Source: a virus (Duplodnaviria > Caudoviricetes). From it: a DNA stretch of 64,000 nucleotides. The position numbers and the translations under genes are program-made. Under the pieces are notes generated by a model. That model did not search any database, was not told where the DNA came from, and saw nothing but the letters and a program-made list of their open reading frames with translations. Below are positions 17,232 to 26,047 of the stretch, one piece after another. How positions within the stretch are numbered: position 1 is the stretch's first letter; each line of letters opens with the position of its first letter. The stretch lies in IMG/VR virus record IMGVR_UViG_3300027804_000038, positions 229,851-293,850 of that record. One strand, given 5' to 3'.

Positions 17232-17306
17232 GCCTCCATAGCTCAGCAGGTTTAGAGCGACTGATTTGTAATCAGTAGGTCGTTGGTTCGATTCCGACTG
17301 GAGGCT
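17232..17306 (+). tRNA. tRNA-Thr(TGT)
   Basis: ACTGA-TTTGTAA-TCAGT. Confidence 0.92.
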
Positions 17307-17317
17307 CTAATATATAT

Positions 17318-17392
17318 GCTCGGTTCGTCTAGACTGGTCTAGGACACTACCCTTTCACGGTATAAACACGGGTTCGAATCCCGTACCGAGTA
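17318..17392 (+). tRNA. tRNA-Glu(TTC)
   Basis: TCGTCTAGACTGGTCTAGGAC D arm, loop CTTTCAC. Confidence 0.9.
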
Positions 17393-17395
17393 CTA

Positions 17396-17481
17396 AATGA
17401 AGTAGTAAGGATAAGAGTTACTTCGCAAATTACTTTTAATGATTCAAGCAAAAACAAACTCTTTCCAACGTTCTCTTCATT
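17396..17481 (+). ncRNA. Carrier RNA 4 enclosing an isolated Lys(TTT) anticodon stem-loop
   Basis: AATGAAG/CTTCATT and AAGAGTT/AACTCTT stems; AATTA-CTTTTAA-TGATT. Confidence 0.78.
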
Positions 17482-17486
17482 AATTT

Positions 17487-17571
17487 GGGAGTGTCACCAT
17501 AGCGGCGATTGGCCCGCACTGTAAATGCGGTACCTAAGGTTCCATCGTAGGTTCGAGTCCTACCGCTCCCA
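17487..17571 (+). tRNA. tRNA-Tyr(GTA)
   Basis: CCGCA-CTGTAAA-TGCGG, long V arm. Confidence 0.9.
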
Positions 17572-17572
17572 C

Positions 17573-17787
17573 AAAACACGACGAAAATAGGATTAAAGCT
17601 CCTGTTATCACGACACCAAGATACGGTACGAGTGCGCGCTTAATGACTGTTGCGGTGAGGAGGGAATAAGTAGGGTTTAGCTAACCCAATTACGAAAACC
17701 TCATAACAAAAATAAAGGACCACCAATCTCAGGTGGTGTAATAAAATGTTTGGGTCGGATGTGGATAATGCTTCCACGCAGTGTTTT
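17573..17787 (+). ncRNA. Candidate structured ncRNA at end of RNA operon
   Basis: Terminal stem AAAACAC/GTGTTTT encloses several hairpins; GC-rich, no long ORF. Confidence 0.45.
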
Positions 17788-17862
17788 AAATTTAAAAAAA
17801 AAACAAACTTTAAAAAGGGCCCTTCCTGAAATATTGGCTTGTTGGGCCCGAGTTTGTTAAAT

Positions 17863-17890
17863 CCCCCACCTTTTGAGTGGGGTTTTTTAT
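17863..17890 (+). terminator. Intrinsic terminator
   Basis: CCCCAC..GTGGGG plus T run. Confidence 0.7.
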
Positions 17891-17924
17891 TGACATTATA
17901 ATTTTAATATTATATAATTGAATT

Positions 17925-18278
17925 ATGAAAAAATATCTAACACTTAAAAATTTAGGATGGTTATTAACAACCATTGTAGTCTTCATGCTCGGAATGAGAG
18001 GAGTATCAAAAATCATGGGTACGGATGAAATGGTAGCAAATTTTACTGCTATGAATATGTTACCGTATATGGCTTTAGTTGGTGTAATGGAAATTGCAGG
18101 AGTACTTGCATTGTCAATTCCAAGAACATCAATTTATGGTGCATTACTAATTTCTTCTGTAATGTCTGGAGCGGTTGCAGTACACGTATCATTAATGGGT
18201 GGTGCAGGTATGTTAGTACCATTGTTTTTAGGAGCTTTGTCGTGGACTGCTCATTGTCTTAGAACTTATACTAAATAA
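17925..18278 (+). CDS. DoxX-like membrane protein
   Basis: Four TM segments, VGVMEIAGVLAL, AVAVH. Confidence 0.8.
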   Translation: MKKYLTLKNLGWLLTTIVVFMLGMRGVSKIMGTDEMVANFTAMNMLPYMALVGVMEIAGVLALSIPRTSIYGALLISSVMSGAVAVHVSLMGGAGMLVPLFLGALSWTAHCLRTYTK

Positions 18279-18360
18279 TCTAAGATAATTAATCTATTTT
18301 AACCCCCATCTTGATAGTTGGGGGTTTTTTATTATATTTATTTAAACAAATATTTTACAT

Positions 18361-19320
18361 ATGAAAAGATTTTTTTTACTTTTTTTAGTCCTTATTTCAA
18401 CAGATTTATTCTCACAATGTGATAGTGATACAATAAATCCTTGGTTTACTTATTTTGAACATGAACCAACAATTAGTTGTGATGGGGATATAAGTTTATT
18501 GTTCCCTGTTGCTGAAGATAATTGTGATGACAGTGTTGAAATTGCTTTTTATGAAGAAGTAATACCTGGAATCTGCCCAAACAACAGGGATATTTTTAGA
18601 GTTTACCGAGCATTTGATGAATTTGGTAATAGTTTCGTACAGACACAAATTATTCATGTTGTAGATGAAACACCTCCAACGTTCCTATACTTACAACCTG
18701 ATACTGTATTGGGATGTTTGAGTCAAATAGAATTTGAAGAACCTTTAGTTGAAGATAATTGTGGGAATCATACTTTGACTTCAAGTACAATCTTGGACCC
18801 AACCTCAACAAACTGCGAATATAATATTACTAAAATATGGACTGCGGTTGACGAGTGTGGTAATAGCGATAGTAGAATACAATTGATAACTTTATTAGAT
18901 ACAGTACCTCCTAATATTATTGGAGATACTTTAATTAATATTGAACAAGGACAACCAATTAATACGTTATTTGTTACAGTTTTAGATAATTGTAATAGTT
19001 TTGAAATTTATTTCATTGACGAAACTTTATCAGGTGATAACATATTAAGAACTTATACTGCCACAGATGAATGTGGTAATGAATCAACTTTTATACAAAT
19101 AATCCACGTAAATACTTCAAATAATGTTGCAATTTGTCATAGATTAGGTAATGGTAACTGGATGACTATGTATGTCCCACAATCATCTGTTTCCGCTCAT
19201 TTAGCTCATGGAGATTATTTGGGTCCATGTAATGAAATGAGTAATAACTTTTTTCCATATAACTTTGAGTTAGTGAAAGATGAAGACGGGAAAGTGAGAA
19301 AATACGTCAGAGTTAAATAA
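18361..19320 (+). CDS. Secreted Cys-rich repeat protein (HYR-like D..PP repeats)
   Basis: Signal peptide, repeated (V/L)D(E/T)(T/V)PP, DNC, DECGN; CH..G...HLAHGDYLGPC. Confidence 0.65.
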   Translation: MKRFFLLFLVLISTDLFSQCDSDTINPWFTYFEHEPTISCDGDISLLFPVAEDNCDDSVEIAFYEEVIPGICPNNRDIFRVYRAFDEFGNSFVQTQIIHVVDETPPTFLYLQPDTVLGCLSQIEFEEPLVEDNCGNHTLTSSTILDPTSTNCEYNITKIWTAVDECGNSDSRIQLITLLDTVPPNIIGDTLINIEQGQPINTLFVTVLDNCNSFEIYFIDETLSGDNILRTYTATDECGNESTFIQIIHVNTSNNVAICHRLGNGNWMTMYVPQSSVSAHLAHGDYLGPCNEMSNNFFPYNFELVKDEDGKVRKYVRVK

Positions 19321-19411
19321 GTTTAATGTATATTTATTAGTACGTTCAAGATGAAAGATATTTTTAAAAATTTAACTGAAAAAGAAATTAGCGAACTTCT
19401 GAATAAAACAG

Positions 19412-20560
19412 ATGTTTCTAGAAATGAACGTATTAAAGAAATGCTATTCAAATATATACGTGAAAAAGATACAAAGGATAATAAATGAAGCATTAGGAGT
19501 ACCTAATGAAATTGATATGATTGTTGATATCTATACTGATTTAGTTATAGATAGATTAAAACAAGATATTGTTAATAAGTCATATAAAACACGTAAAGTA
19601 GATGCCACTAATTACGGAGAGTGGGATATGGTTTATGGTAAATTAAAAATATCCGCAAATGATTCATGGAGATATGTTGAATCATCTCCTAAGTTTAATA
19701 TAGATGAATGGAGAAAATTTCCACTATATCGAAATAAATTTGAAATAACCTACCAAGTCATACCTGAAAAAACATTTGAATTACAAGGTAAGAGTTCCCC
19801 ACAAATAGGTGGTACCCATGCATTTAAACCAGGTGAAATGAAGATTAAAAATTTAAAGTCTAGAGGGGATGTTTACGATGTTGGATATTTTGAGTTTGAT
19901 TTTCATATGAACGAAGAAAATTTTGAAAATCCTGATTCAATGAGAGACGTATTTAAATCAGTTATGGCTCATGAAATTTTTCATTCGTTTCAGTTGTATA
20001 CTAAATTTAAAAAAACAGGTAAAGTAGGGTATGGTAAAGAAAGTGTTTATAATTTTTTACAAAACATTTTAAAGAGTAATTTTAGCCAAGAGTGGAATGA
20101 TTTTACATATCTATTATATCTTTCATTAAGATTTGAACATCAGGCGAGAATACCACAAGTTTATAATGTTCTTAAAAATAAGAAAATTACAAACTATGAT
20201 GAATTTATGGATGAAATTAGAAAAACTGATGTTTGGGATGAAATTAAAAAGTTAAGGTCTTTCTCGGCTAAAAAAATAATTAACGATTTGTCTAAAATAA
20301 GTGGACTTGAAGATATAATCTTTGCACCTATGAAAAGACAAGAGTTACAGCAAAATATTGCAAATTGGAACGACTTTATTGAAATTGTAATGCAAAAGTT
20401 ATCTGAAAATGGTACAGATGTCGGTAAAATAAGAAAGTTAGGTAGTAATATACTAAGTAACCCAGAATCTTTTTTTACTTATTGGGAAAAAAGATTTCAT
20501 AACAGAGCCGAGGAATTGGTAAAGAAAATATCTAAATTATATCATTTAGTTAAAAAATAA
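19412..20560 (+). CDS. Hypothetical protein with HExxH zincin motif (likely GTG start near 19460)
   Basis: MAHEIFH, EHQAR. Confidence 0.55.
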   Translation: MFLEMNVLKKCYSNIYVKKIQRIINEALGVPNEIDMIVDIYTDLVIDRLKQDIVNKSYKTRKVDATNYGEWDMVYGKLKISANDSWRYVESSPKFNIDEWRKFPLYRNKFEITYQVIPEKTFELQGKSSPQIGGTHAFKPGEMKIKNLKSRGDVYDVGYFEFDFHMNEENFENPDSMRDVFKSVMAHEIFHSFQLYTKFKKTGKVGYGKESVYNFLQNILKSNFSQEWNDFTYLLYLSLRFEHQARIPQVYNVLKNKKITNYDEFMDEIRKTDVWDEIKKLRSFSAKKIINDLSKISGLEDIIFAPMKRQELQQNIANWNDFIEIVMQKLSENGTDVGKIRKLGSNILSNPESFFTYWEKRFHNRAEELVKKISKLYHLVKK

Positions 20561-20608
20561 TTTGGATATCCAAGAAATAAAACGTAGATTTGTCTAAAAT
20601 TAAAACAA

Positions 20609-20995
20609 ATGAAAAAAATAATTCTCTCACTTATCATTTCTTTATTTTCAATCGTGGCTTTTGCTCAGTCATTTGCAAAATCTAAAACGGTACAAATCGG
20701 AGTTAAGAATGAAACAACAGGTAAATTCGATTTCCAAGAACCCCAAGAAATACCAGCTGTATTGGTAAAAATGGGTGATATTGAGATTATTATTTATTCT
20801 AAAGTTGAACAAAAATATTTTATATATAGTGAAACATATGATTTTGATGATGGTAATGGTTCTTATTGGTACGCATATGATGCTGAAGGTAACAAAGTAA
20901 GAATCTATCTATATAAAAATCCAGTGTCAGAAATATTTTTGGGTATTGAATATGGAGATGTTTGTTGGGTATATACTTTGAATTCGATGAAATAA
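20609..20995 (+). CDS. Secreted hypothetical protein
   Basis: Signal peptide ending AFA-Q. Confidence 0.65.
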   Translation: MKKIILSLIISLFSIVAFAQSFAKSKTVQIGVKNETTGKFDFQEPQEIPAVLVKMGDIEIIIYSKVEQKYFIYSETYDFDDGNGSYWYAYDAEGNKVRIYLYKNPVSEIFLGIEYGDVCWVYTLNSMK

Positions 20996-21042
20996 CCATC
21001 GAATTTTTTTGCCAATTAAAAAAAAGATTGTATATTTGTCAT

Positions 21043-21636
21043 ATGAAAAATATCCTAATACTTTTAATTTCTTTATTTACATTTTCAGTAAATGCTCAAG
21101 TTATTGATTACAATAACTTTGACAACAAATTACTTGAACGTTTAGTTTTTGAAGAACTTAACAAATATCGAGATTCTTTAGGTGTTGTAGATTTGTTATG
21201 GTCAAAAGTAATGTATGAGCAAGTTAGCTGTAAACAAACTGAAATACTTGCTAAAGGTAGTACTTTATATCACCCTGACTTAGATACTTTGTTTACTGAT
21301 GAATTCAGAGTAGGGTTATCTAAAGAATCTCAAAAACTAACTGGTATCAAGAGTCAATTTAATTGTGGACCATCTTCTGTAACTACTTTAAGTGAAAACG
21401 GGTTTTCATGGGAATTAAATAAGGTTACTTACCAAGAAATGGCAAAGATTGCAATAATTGCTTGGGACAAATCATATATGCACAAGTGTAATCAAAAGTA
21501 CCCATATGTTGTTGATGGAGGAGGAAAAGGATTTGTGTCAATATCCGCAAGAGTAAATAAGTCAAAAACTAAAATATTTATAACTTGTAATTTTTCACAA
21601 GTTCACAAAGAAAAAAAAACCACTACTAGTCAGTAG
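21043..21636 (+). CDS. Secreted CAP/SCP-like protein
   Basis: Signal peptide, ELNKYRDSLG, SENG, AWDKSYMH. Confidence 0.6.
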   Translation: MKNILILLISLFTFSVNAQVIDYNNFDNKLLERLVFEELNKYRDSLGVVDLLWSKVMYEQVSCKQTEILAKGSTLYHPDLDTLFTDEFRVGLSKESQKLTGIKSQFNCGPSSVTTLSENGFSWELNKVTYQEMAKIAIIAWDKSYMHKCNQKYPYVVDGGGKGFVSISARVNKSKTKIFITCNFSQVHKEKKTTTSQ

Positions 21637-22933
21637 TGGTTTTTACTATATCTTTTTTCTCAAACTTAGGTAATTTAATATCTAAACGTCTATTGTTAAT
21701 TGTCTGATTAAAATCTTTAACTTCAGGCCATTTTTTACCCTTGTCAAATCTATCAGTTTCACCTAAAGGGTTTGCAACAAATGTTCCTGAAAGTTCTGGT
21801 AATGATTTATCTAATTCTTGAATTATTGCTTTAGCTCTTTCTTCAGATAAACATTTATTGTATTCATTTCTGGGTCTACCACCAGGTTTTCTACAAGCTG
21901 GTAAAGTAGTTGTTGTTTTACTATTTGAATCCGACATAATTCCCTTTGGGTCCTCATCAATAGAAGATGATGTGGTCACATAAGCTTTTTGAGACTTTAA
22001 AAAGTTAATATATTCACCATATATTTTATCGTCGTATTTAGTTTTAACATTTTTAATTTCTTTAATAAAGTTTTCTAATTCAAGTTTACCGTTATCTGTT
22101 AAATCTGTTTTATCAAATTTAAATGGGTCAGTCATTTCAGCCTTAATTTCAATAGAAACAACCATAGGAGGTTTTATCTCAGGAGCATTAATTACACCAG
22201 TTCCTTCAGGACCTTTCATGGCGTTAATACCAATTCCGTAATTATTTACGAATTCTTTATATTTCATATCTGAATAATTAGTACCTGTAGATACCGTACG
22301 ACTTCCAGTATTTCTAAAACTTATACTACTTCTAACCCAAGATGTGGAATTATAATCTTCTTTACTAGGTATAAATAATTCATTTAAACTAACATTAGGG
22401 TTATTAATTTTTTCATATGGTTTGTCTAAAGTTTGAATTATTGGATATATTTGAAATATTGTAGGAATTCCATTTTCTAACGCTAAAGCAAAACCAAGAT
22501 AATTTGGACGTAAGTCTTGCCCAAATTTTACATTTTGTAAAATCAATCCCAAAATTGCAGGATTACCCTCGGCCGCTCCACTTCTATACTGGTCTCTTGT
22601 AATAGTAATTACTTTATTATCAGTAAATTGTCCTGTAGTTAAATTAAAATCAACGTCTAAAATATTACCACTTAAAGTCTCCTCTTGGTGCATTTTTTCA
22701 TATTTTTGTTTTCCAGTTCTTCTACCATCTATTACTTCATCTACTACATCTAAAACTTCTAAATTTCCATTTGTAACATTAATGTAATATCCTCCTAACT
22801 TAAATAAAGTAGGTGTAGATTCTTCAGGTTTATCACCTGTAGTAAAATCCTGCTCAACCAAAATACCCTTGGTTAAATACATTGATAATATTTGTGATTT
22901 TTCTTGTTCCGTAACTAAAAATCTTTTACTCAT
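21626..22933 (-). CDS. Protein with MSKRF leader and C-terminal OmpA-like domain
   Basis: NKCLSEERAKAI...NRRLDI. Confidence 0.65.
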   Translation of the reverse strand: MSKRFLVTEQEKSQILSMYLTKGILVEQDFTTGDKPEESTPTLFKLGGYYINVTNGNLEVLDVVDEVIDGRRTGKQKYEKMHQEETLSGNILDVDFNLTTGQFTDNKVITITRDQYRSGAAEGNPAILGLILQNVKFGQDLRPNYLGFALALENGIPTIFQIYPIIQTLDKPYEKINNPNVSLNELFIPSKEDYNSTSWVRSSISFRNTGSRTVSTGTNYSDMKYKEFVNNYGIGINAMKGPEGTGVINAPEIKPPMVVSIEIKAEMTDPFKFDKTDLTDNGKLELENFIKEIKNVKTKYDDKIYGEYINFLKSQKAYVTTSSSIDEDPKGIMSDSNSKTTTTLPACRKPGGRPRNEYNKCLSEERAKAIIQELDKSLPELSGTFVANPLGETDRFDKGKKWPEVKDFNQTINNRRLDIKLPKFEKKDIVKTTTD

Positions 22934-23089
22934 AATTGTATTTTAAATATAAATATAAAAAAATAAAGAAATATCATTCATTATATTGTTATTTGATTTT
23001 TTTTAAATTATGATTGTAAAAGAATTTCAAAAAAATTTTAAAAGTTGAAAAAAAAGTATTACATTTGTATTCTAAATAAAATAATAAAC

Positions 23090-23479
23090 ATGGGAAAAAG
23101 TAAGTGTAAAAGTAAAGAAATGAAATCTCAAGTGGAACAACTTGAGGCTATGGTACAAAAGTTGAAAGGTGAGATGAAGAAAAATAGTAGTACTATTTAT
23201 AAATTCACTGAAGAACAGTTAGTTGAATTTGCAACTGAATTACACAATAAGTTTATGGATAATATGTCAAATCAACTTATTGATTGTGATTTTGATAGTG
23301 ATGGTATAGTGTCAATTGAAGTTGATGATTTGATGATTACCCCAATTGTTGATACTGATTACTTAGTTGATGAAATTACATCTAACGTAATTTGTCCTGA
23401 AGAGGATGAAATGATGGATATTGTTTATGAAGTACTAAGTGATTTGGGACTTGAGCAAACTGAAGAAGTTGAGGAATAA
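23090..23479 (+). CDS. Acidic hypothetical protein
   Basis: ORF after TACATTTG promoter. Confidence 0.55.
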   Translation: MGKSKCKSKEMKSQVEQLEAMVQKLKGEMKKNSSTIYKFTEEQLVEFATELHNKFMDNMSNQLIDCDFDSDGIVSIEVDDLMITPIVDTDYLVDEITSNVICPEEDEMMDIVYEVLSDLGLEQTEEVEE

Positions 23480-23500
23480 CAACTAAAACTAAAAAGAAGA

Positions 23501-23950
23501 CCCCACGAGTAACGGAGATATCCGACCGTTATGGAGTGTGAACATGGCTTAGAAGGCTCCAAGGCTATGGGGGAGGCTACACAAACTAATACGGATTCCC
23601 CATTATGGATTAAGGGGGTTAGGGGCCTTAAATGGTTGTAATACAATCCACAAGTTGTAGAAATACTGGACAATTCTACAATATACACTCTTCTTCCGAG
23701 TGAGACTCACCACGTAACTTTGGGGGTAGGGCGAAGATGTCCTGAGGGTAGCACTGAACGCTATATCTGAAAGGTTATGACACATTTGATTAACTGAGTA
23801 AATATGGACGGAGTGTAAGAGTAGAGGTCTTCGGTGGATGGTTACTACGGTCCCACTCTCTTGGGGCATATCCGAAGAAATACTAATAATGGGAAACTAC
23901 CAAACAAAGGTTAGCGCGTGAAATCCCACACGGACAGAGAAGCTGACCTT
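23501..23950 (+). ncRNA. Candidate large structured ncRNA upstream of a tRNA
   Basis: GC-rich relative to flanks; nested stems CCCCACGAG/CTCTTGGGG, TTGTAGAA/TTCTACAA, TACACTC/GAGTGTA, AAGGTTAGC/GCTGACCTT. Confidence 0.6.
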
Positions 23951-23958
23951 TATTTTAT

Positions 23959-24033
23959 GAAGAAGTAGCTCAGACGGTAGAGCATAGGGTTAGAAATCCC
24001 TTGTGCCGCGAGGTTCGATTCCCGCCTTCTTCA
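23959..24033 (+). tRNA. Atypical tRNA with 8-nt anticodon loop (TTAGAAAT)
   Basis: GAAGAAG/CTTCTTC, canonical D arm, bulged T stem. Confidence 0.65.
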
Positions 24034-24081
24034 CTTAACCCACTTATGTGGGTTTTTTCATTATAAAAGTATTTATTAATA

Positions 24082-24471
24082 ATGGAATATAAAATACCTG
24101 AAAAAAGACTGTATAATATAATTTATCAGTATATTGATAGTATATACGATGTTAATGAAATACATTGGACTCATCCATATGAGTATGATGAATTAAAAGG
24201 TGAAGAAGGTGAAGACCCATGTAGAATAACCTTTTACCGTGGTGATTATGACCAATATGACGAACCTTTATTCCGTTGGTATGATAAATGTTATTGGAAT
24301 ACAGATTCGTGGCAAGGAACTATACAATATGATAGGTCTCCTATTTTGTCTATTGAAGACGAAGAATTATCTAGAATGTATTCTCATTTTGGGGATTTTT
24401 GGAAAACCCCATTTTTAGATTGGTTTACCAATAACTTTAAAGACATTTCAGTTAAAAGCGTTTTAATCTAA
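24082..24471 (+). CDS. Hypothetical protein (MKYLITE-like family)
   Basis: MEYKIPEKRLYNIIYQYID. Confidence 0.6.
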   Translation: MEYKIPEKRLYNIIYQYIDSIYDVNEIHWTHPYEYDELKGEEGEDPCRITFYRGDYDQYDEPLFRWYDKCYWNTDSWQGTIQYDRSPILSIEDEELSRMYSHFGDFWKTPFLDWFTNNFKDISVKSVLI

Positions 24472-24550
24472 TATTTTATTTGACTTAATTTAAAATTATC
24501 CGTACCTTTTAAAGGTCACAAGGGTTCTTTGAAATAAAGGAGAAAATATT

Positions 24551-24937
24551 ATGGAAACAACTTATTTTGTTTTAGGTGTGCTCTCGGTTGTTGCTCTAAT
24601 TTTCATTGGGGTAATTGCTTGGGGTGTGTTTAAGATTAGTAAACAACAAATTCAAATTAAAAATTTACAGGAAGATATTCAGGGGTTATTAAGAACCATT
24701 TCAAATGAAAGTGAATATACCTCAAGAAGAATTGATAATGAAAGACAAAATATCCATTCTGATTTAAGAGAATACAATAATAGAATGGAAAGTCAGGTAA
24801 GTGATATATGGAGACAGATAGAAAGTACTAAAAAAGATACTATTTCTGAATCTAATTCATACGTGGACAAACGAATTGATAAACTAATTGATGCCTATTT
24901 TGACATCAAAAAAAATAAAGACCTTTTAAAAGGATAA
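24551..24937 (+). CDS. Membrane-anchored coiled-coil protein
   Basis: N-terminal TM helix then coiled coil. Confidence 0.65.
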   Translation: METTYFVLGVLSVVALIFIGVIAWGVFKISKQQIQIKNLQEDIQGLLRTISNESEYTSRRIDNERQNIHSDLREYNNRMESQVSDIWRQIESTKKDTISESNSYVDKRIDKLIDAYFDIKKNKDLLKG

Positions 24938-24971
24938 AATAATAATGAACCCTTGTGATTTTTTTTAGAAT

Positions 24972-25352
24972 ATGAATAATAAATTTAATATTGCGGTTAT
25001 TGCTCACGATAACAAGAAAGCGGATATGGTTGCATTTATTATGAAAAGATTAGAGTTTTTTAAAAATGTTAATATATTTGCAACAGGAACCACAGGTAAA
25101 CACATTGAATTTGCAGGATGTTACGTTAGTAAGATGAAGTCTGGACCAATGGGAGGAGATGCTCAAATTGCATCAATGATTGTTGACGGTAAAATTGATT
25201 ATGTTATATTTTTTATTGACCCATTATCTTCTCATCCACACGAAGTTGATGTGCAAATGTTATTAAGAATATGTAATGTTACAGATACTCCAATTGCAAC
25301 TAATTACTCAACTGCAAAAATGGTTGTTGAGTATTGTGAAAATAAAAAATAA
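24972..25352 (+). CDS. mgsA: Methylglyoxal synthase
   Basis: IAHDNKK, ATGTTG, SGPMGGDAQI, PHEVDV. Confidence 0.93.
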   Translation: MNNKFNIAVIAHDNKKADMVAFIMKRLEFFKNVNIFATGTTGKHIEFAGCYVSKMKSGPMGGDAQIASMIVDGKIDYVIFFIDPLSSHPHEVDVQMLLRICNVTDTPIATNYSTAKMVVEYCENKK

Positions 25353-25368
25353 TTTATATATTTGTAAA

Positions 25369-25824
25369 ATGAAATACAATATATACTTAGATGATGTTCG
25401 TACCCCAAAAGATAAAAATTGGGTAGTTGTACGAAATTATGATGAATTTGTTAATAGAGTTACTGAAATAGGTTTAAATAATATTGATACTATTTCTTTG
25501 GACCATGACCTTGGAGATACTGCAATGAATGAATATTTCAACAATGTAAGCCCAAACTACACTTTAAACTATGAGAATATTAAAGAAAAAACTGGTTTGG
25601 ATTGTGCTAAATGGTTGGTTAATTATTTCTATGATACTAATCCTGAGTGGATTGAAATGAATAGAATAGTTAAGAGAGCCGATAAAATAAACTTTCCTCA
25701 GGTTTATACTCATTCTGCAAATCCGATTGGTTCTGCAAATATTATGGGTTACATAAATAATTTTTTAATGAATGAAGCTCAAACTCAGACATGTGTTAGG
25801 GTTCAAATTCCACATAACGTATGA
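25369..25824 (+). CDS. Cyclic-phosphate-processing receiver-like domain protein
   Basis: YLDDVRTP, ISLDHDLG, TGLDCAKWL, HSANPIG. Confidence 0.8.
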   Translation: MKYNIYLDDVRTPKDKNWVVVRNYDEFVNRVTEIGLNNIDTISLDHDLGDTAMNEYFNNVSPNYTLNYENIKEKTGLDCAKWLVNYFYDTNPEWIEMNRIVKRADKINFPQVYTHSANPIGSANIMGYINNFLMNEAQTQTCVRVQIPHNV

Positions 25825-26047
25825 AAATGGAAAGTAGAGTTCAAGTTACAGTTAATCTAACTGTTGACCAAAGAATTGAAATTATTAAACAAATCGATAA
25901 ACATTTTGATATACTAGATTTTGGTATTAACAGTTTTCATGATGAAAAAAATCAGGAAGAAGATTTACATAAAGAAATAGATATTATGTACCCTGGATGT
26001 CCCAAAACAGTAAATTGTTTTTACGTTATTTAAAAATAAATTTTAAA

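Noticed and set aside
16715-17481. CRISPR array (repeated GTTACTTC-containing motif)
   Set aside because: Repeats are degenerate, unevenly spaced and paired with complementary 3' strands; inserts are tRNA modules; no cas genes in the window
19351-19488. Programmed frameshift joining the 45-aa ORF to 19412-20560
   Set aside because: The downstream ORF has its own plausible GTG start near 19460 and no slippery site or structure was evident
23425-23869. Minus-strand ORFs in the GC-rich island; tmRNA or RNase P
   Set aside because: Atypical composition; no tmRNA acceptor/tag or RNase P core motifs seen
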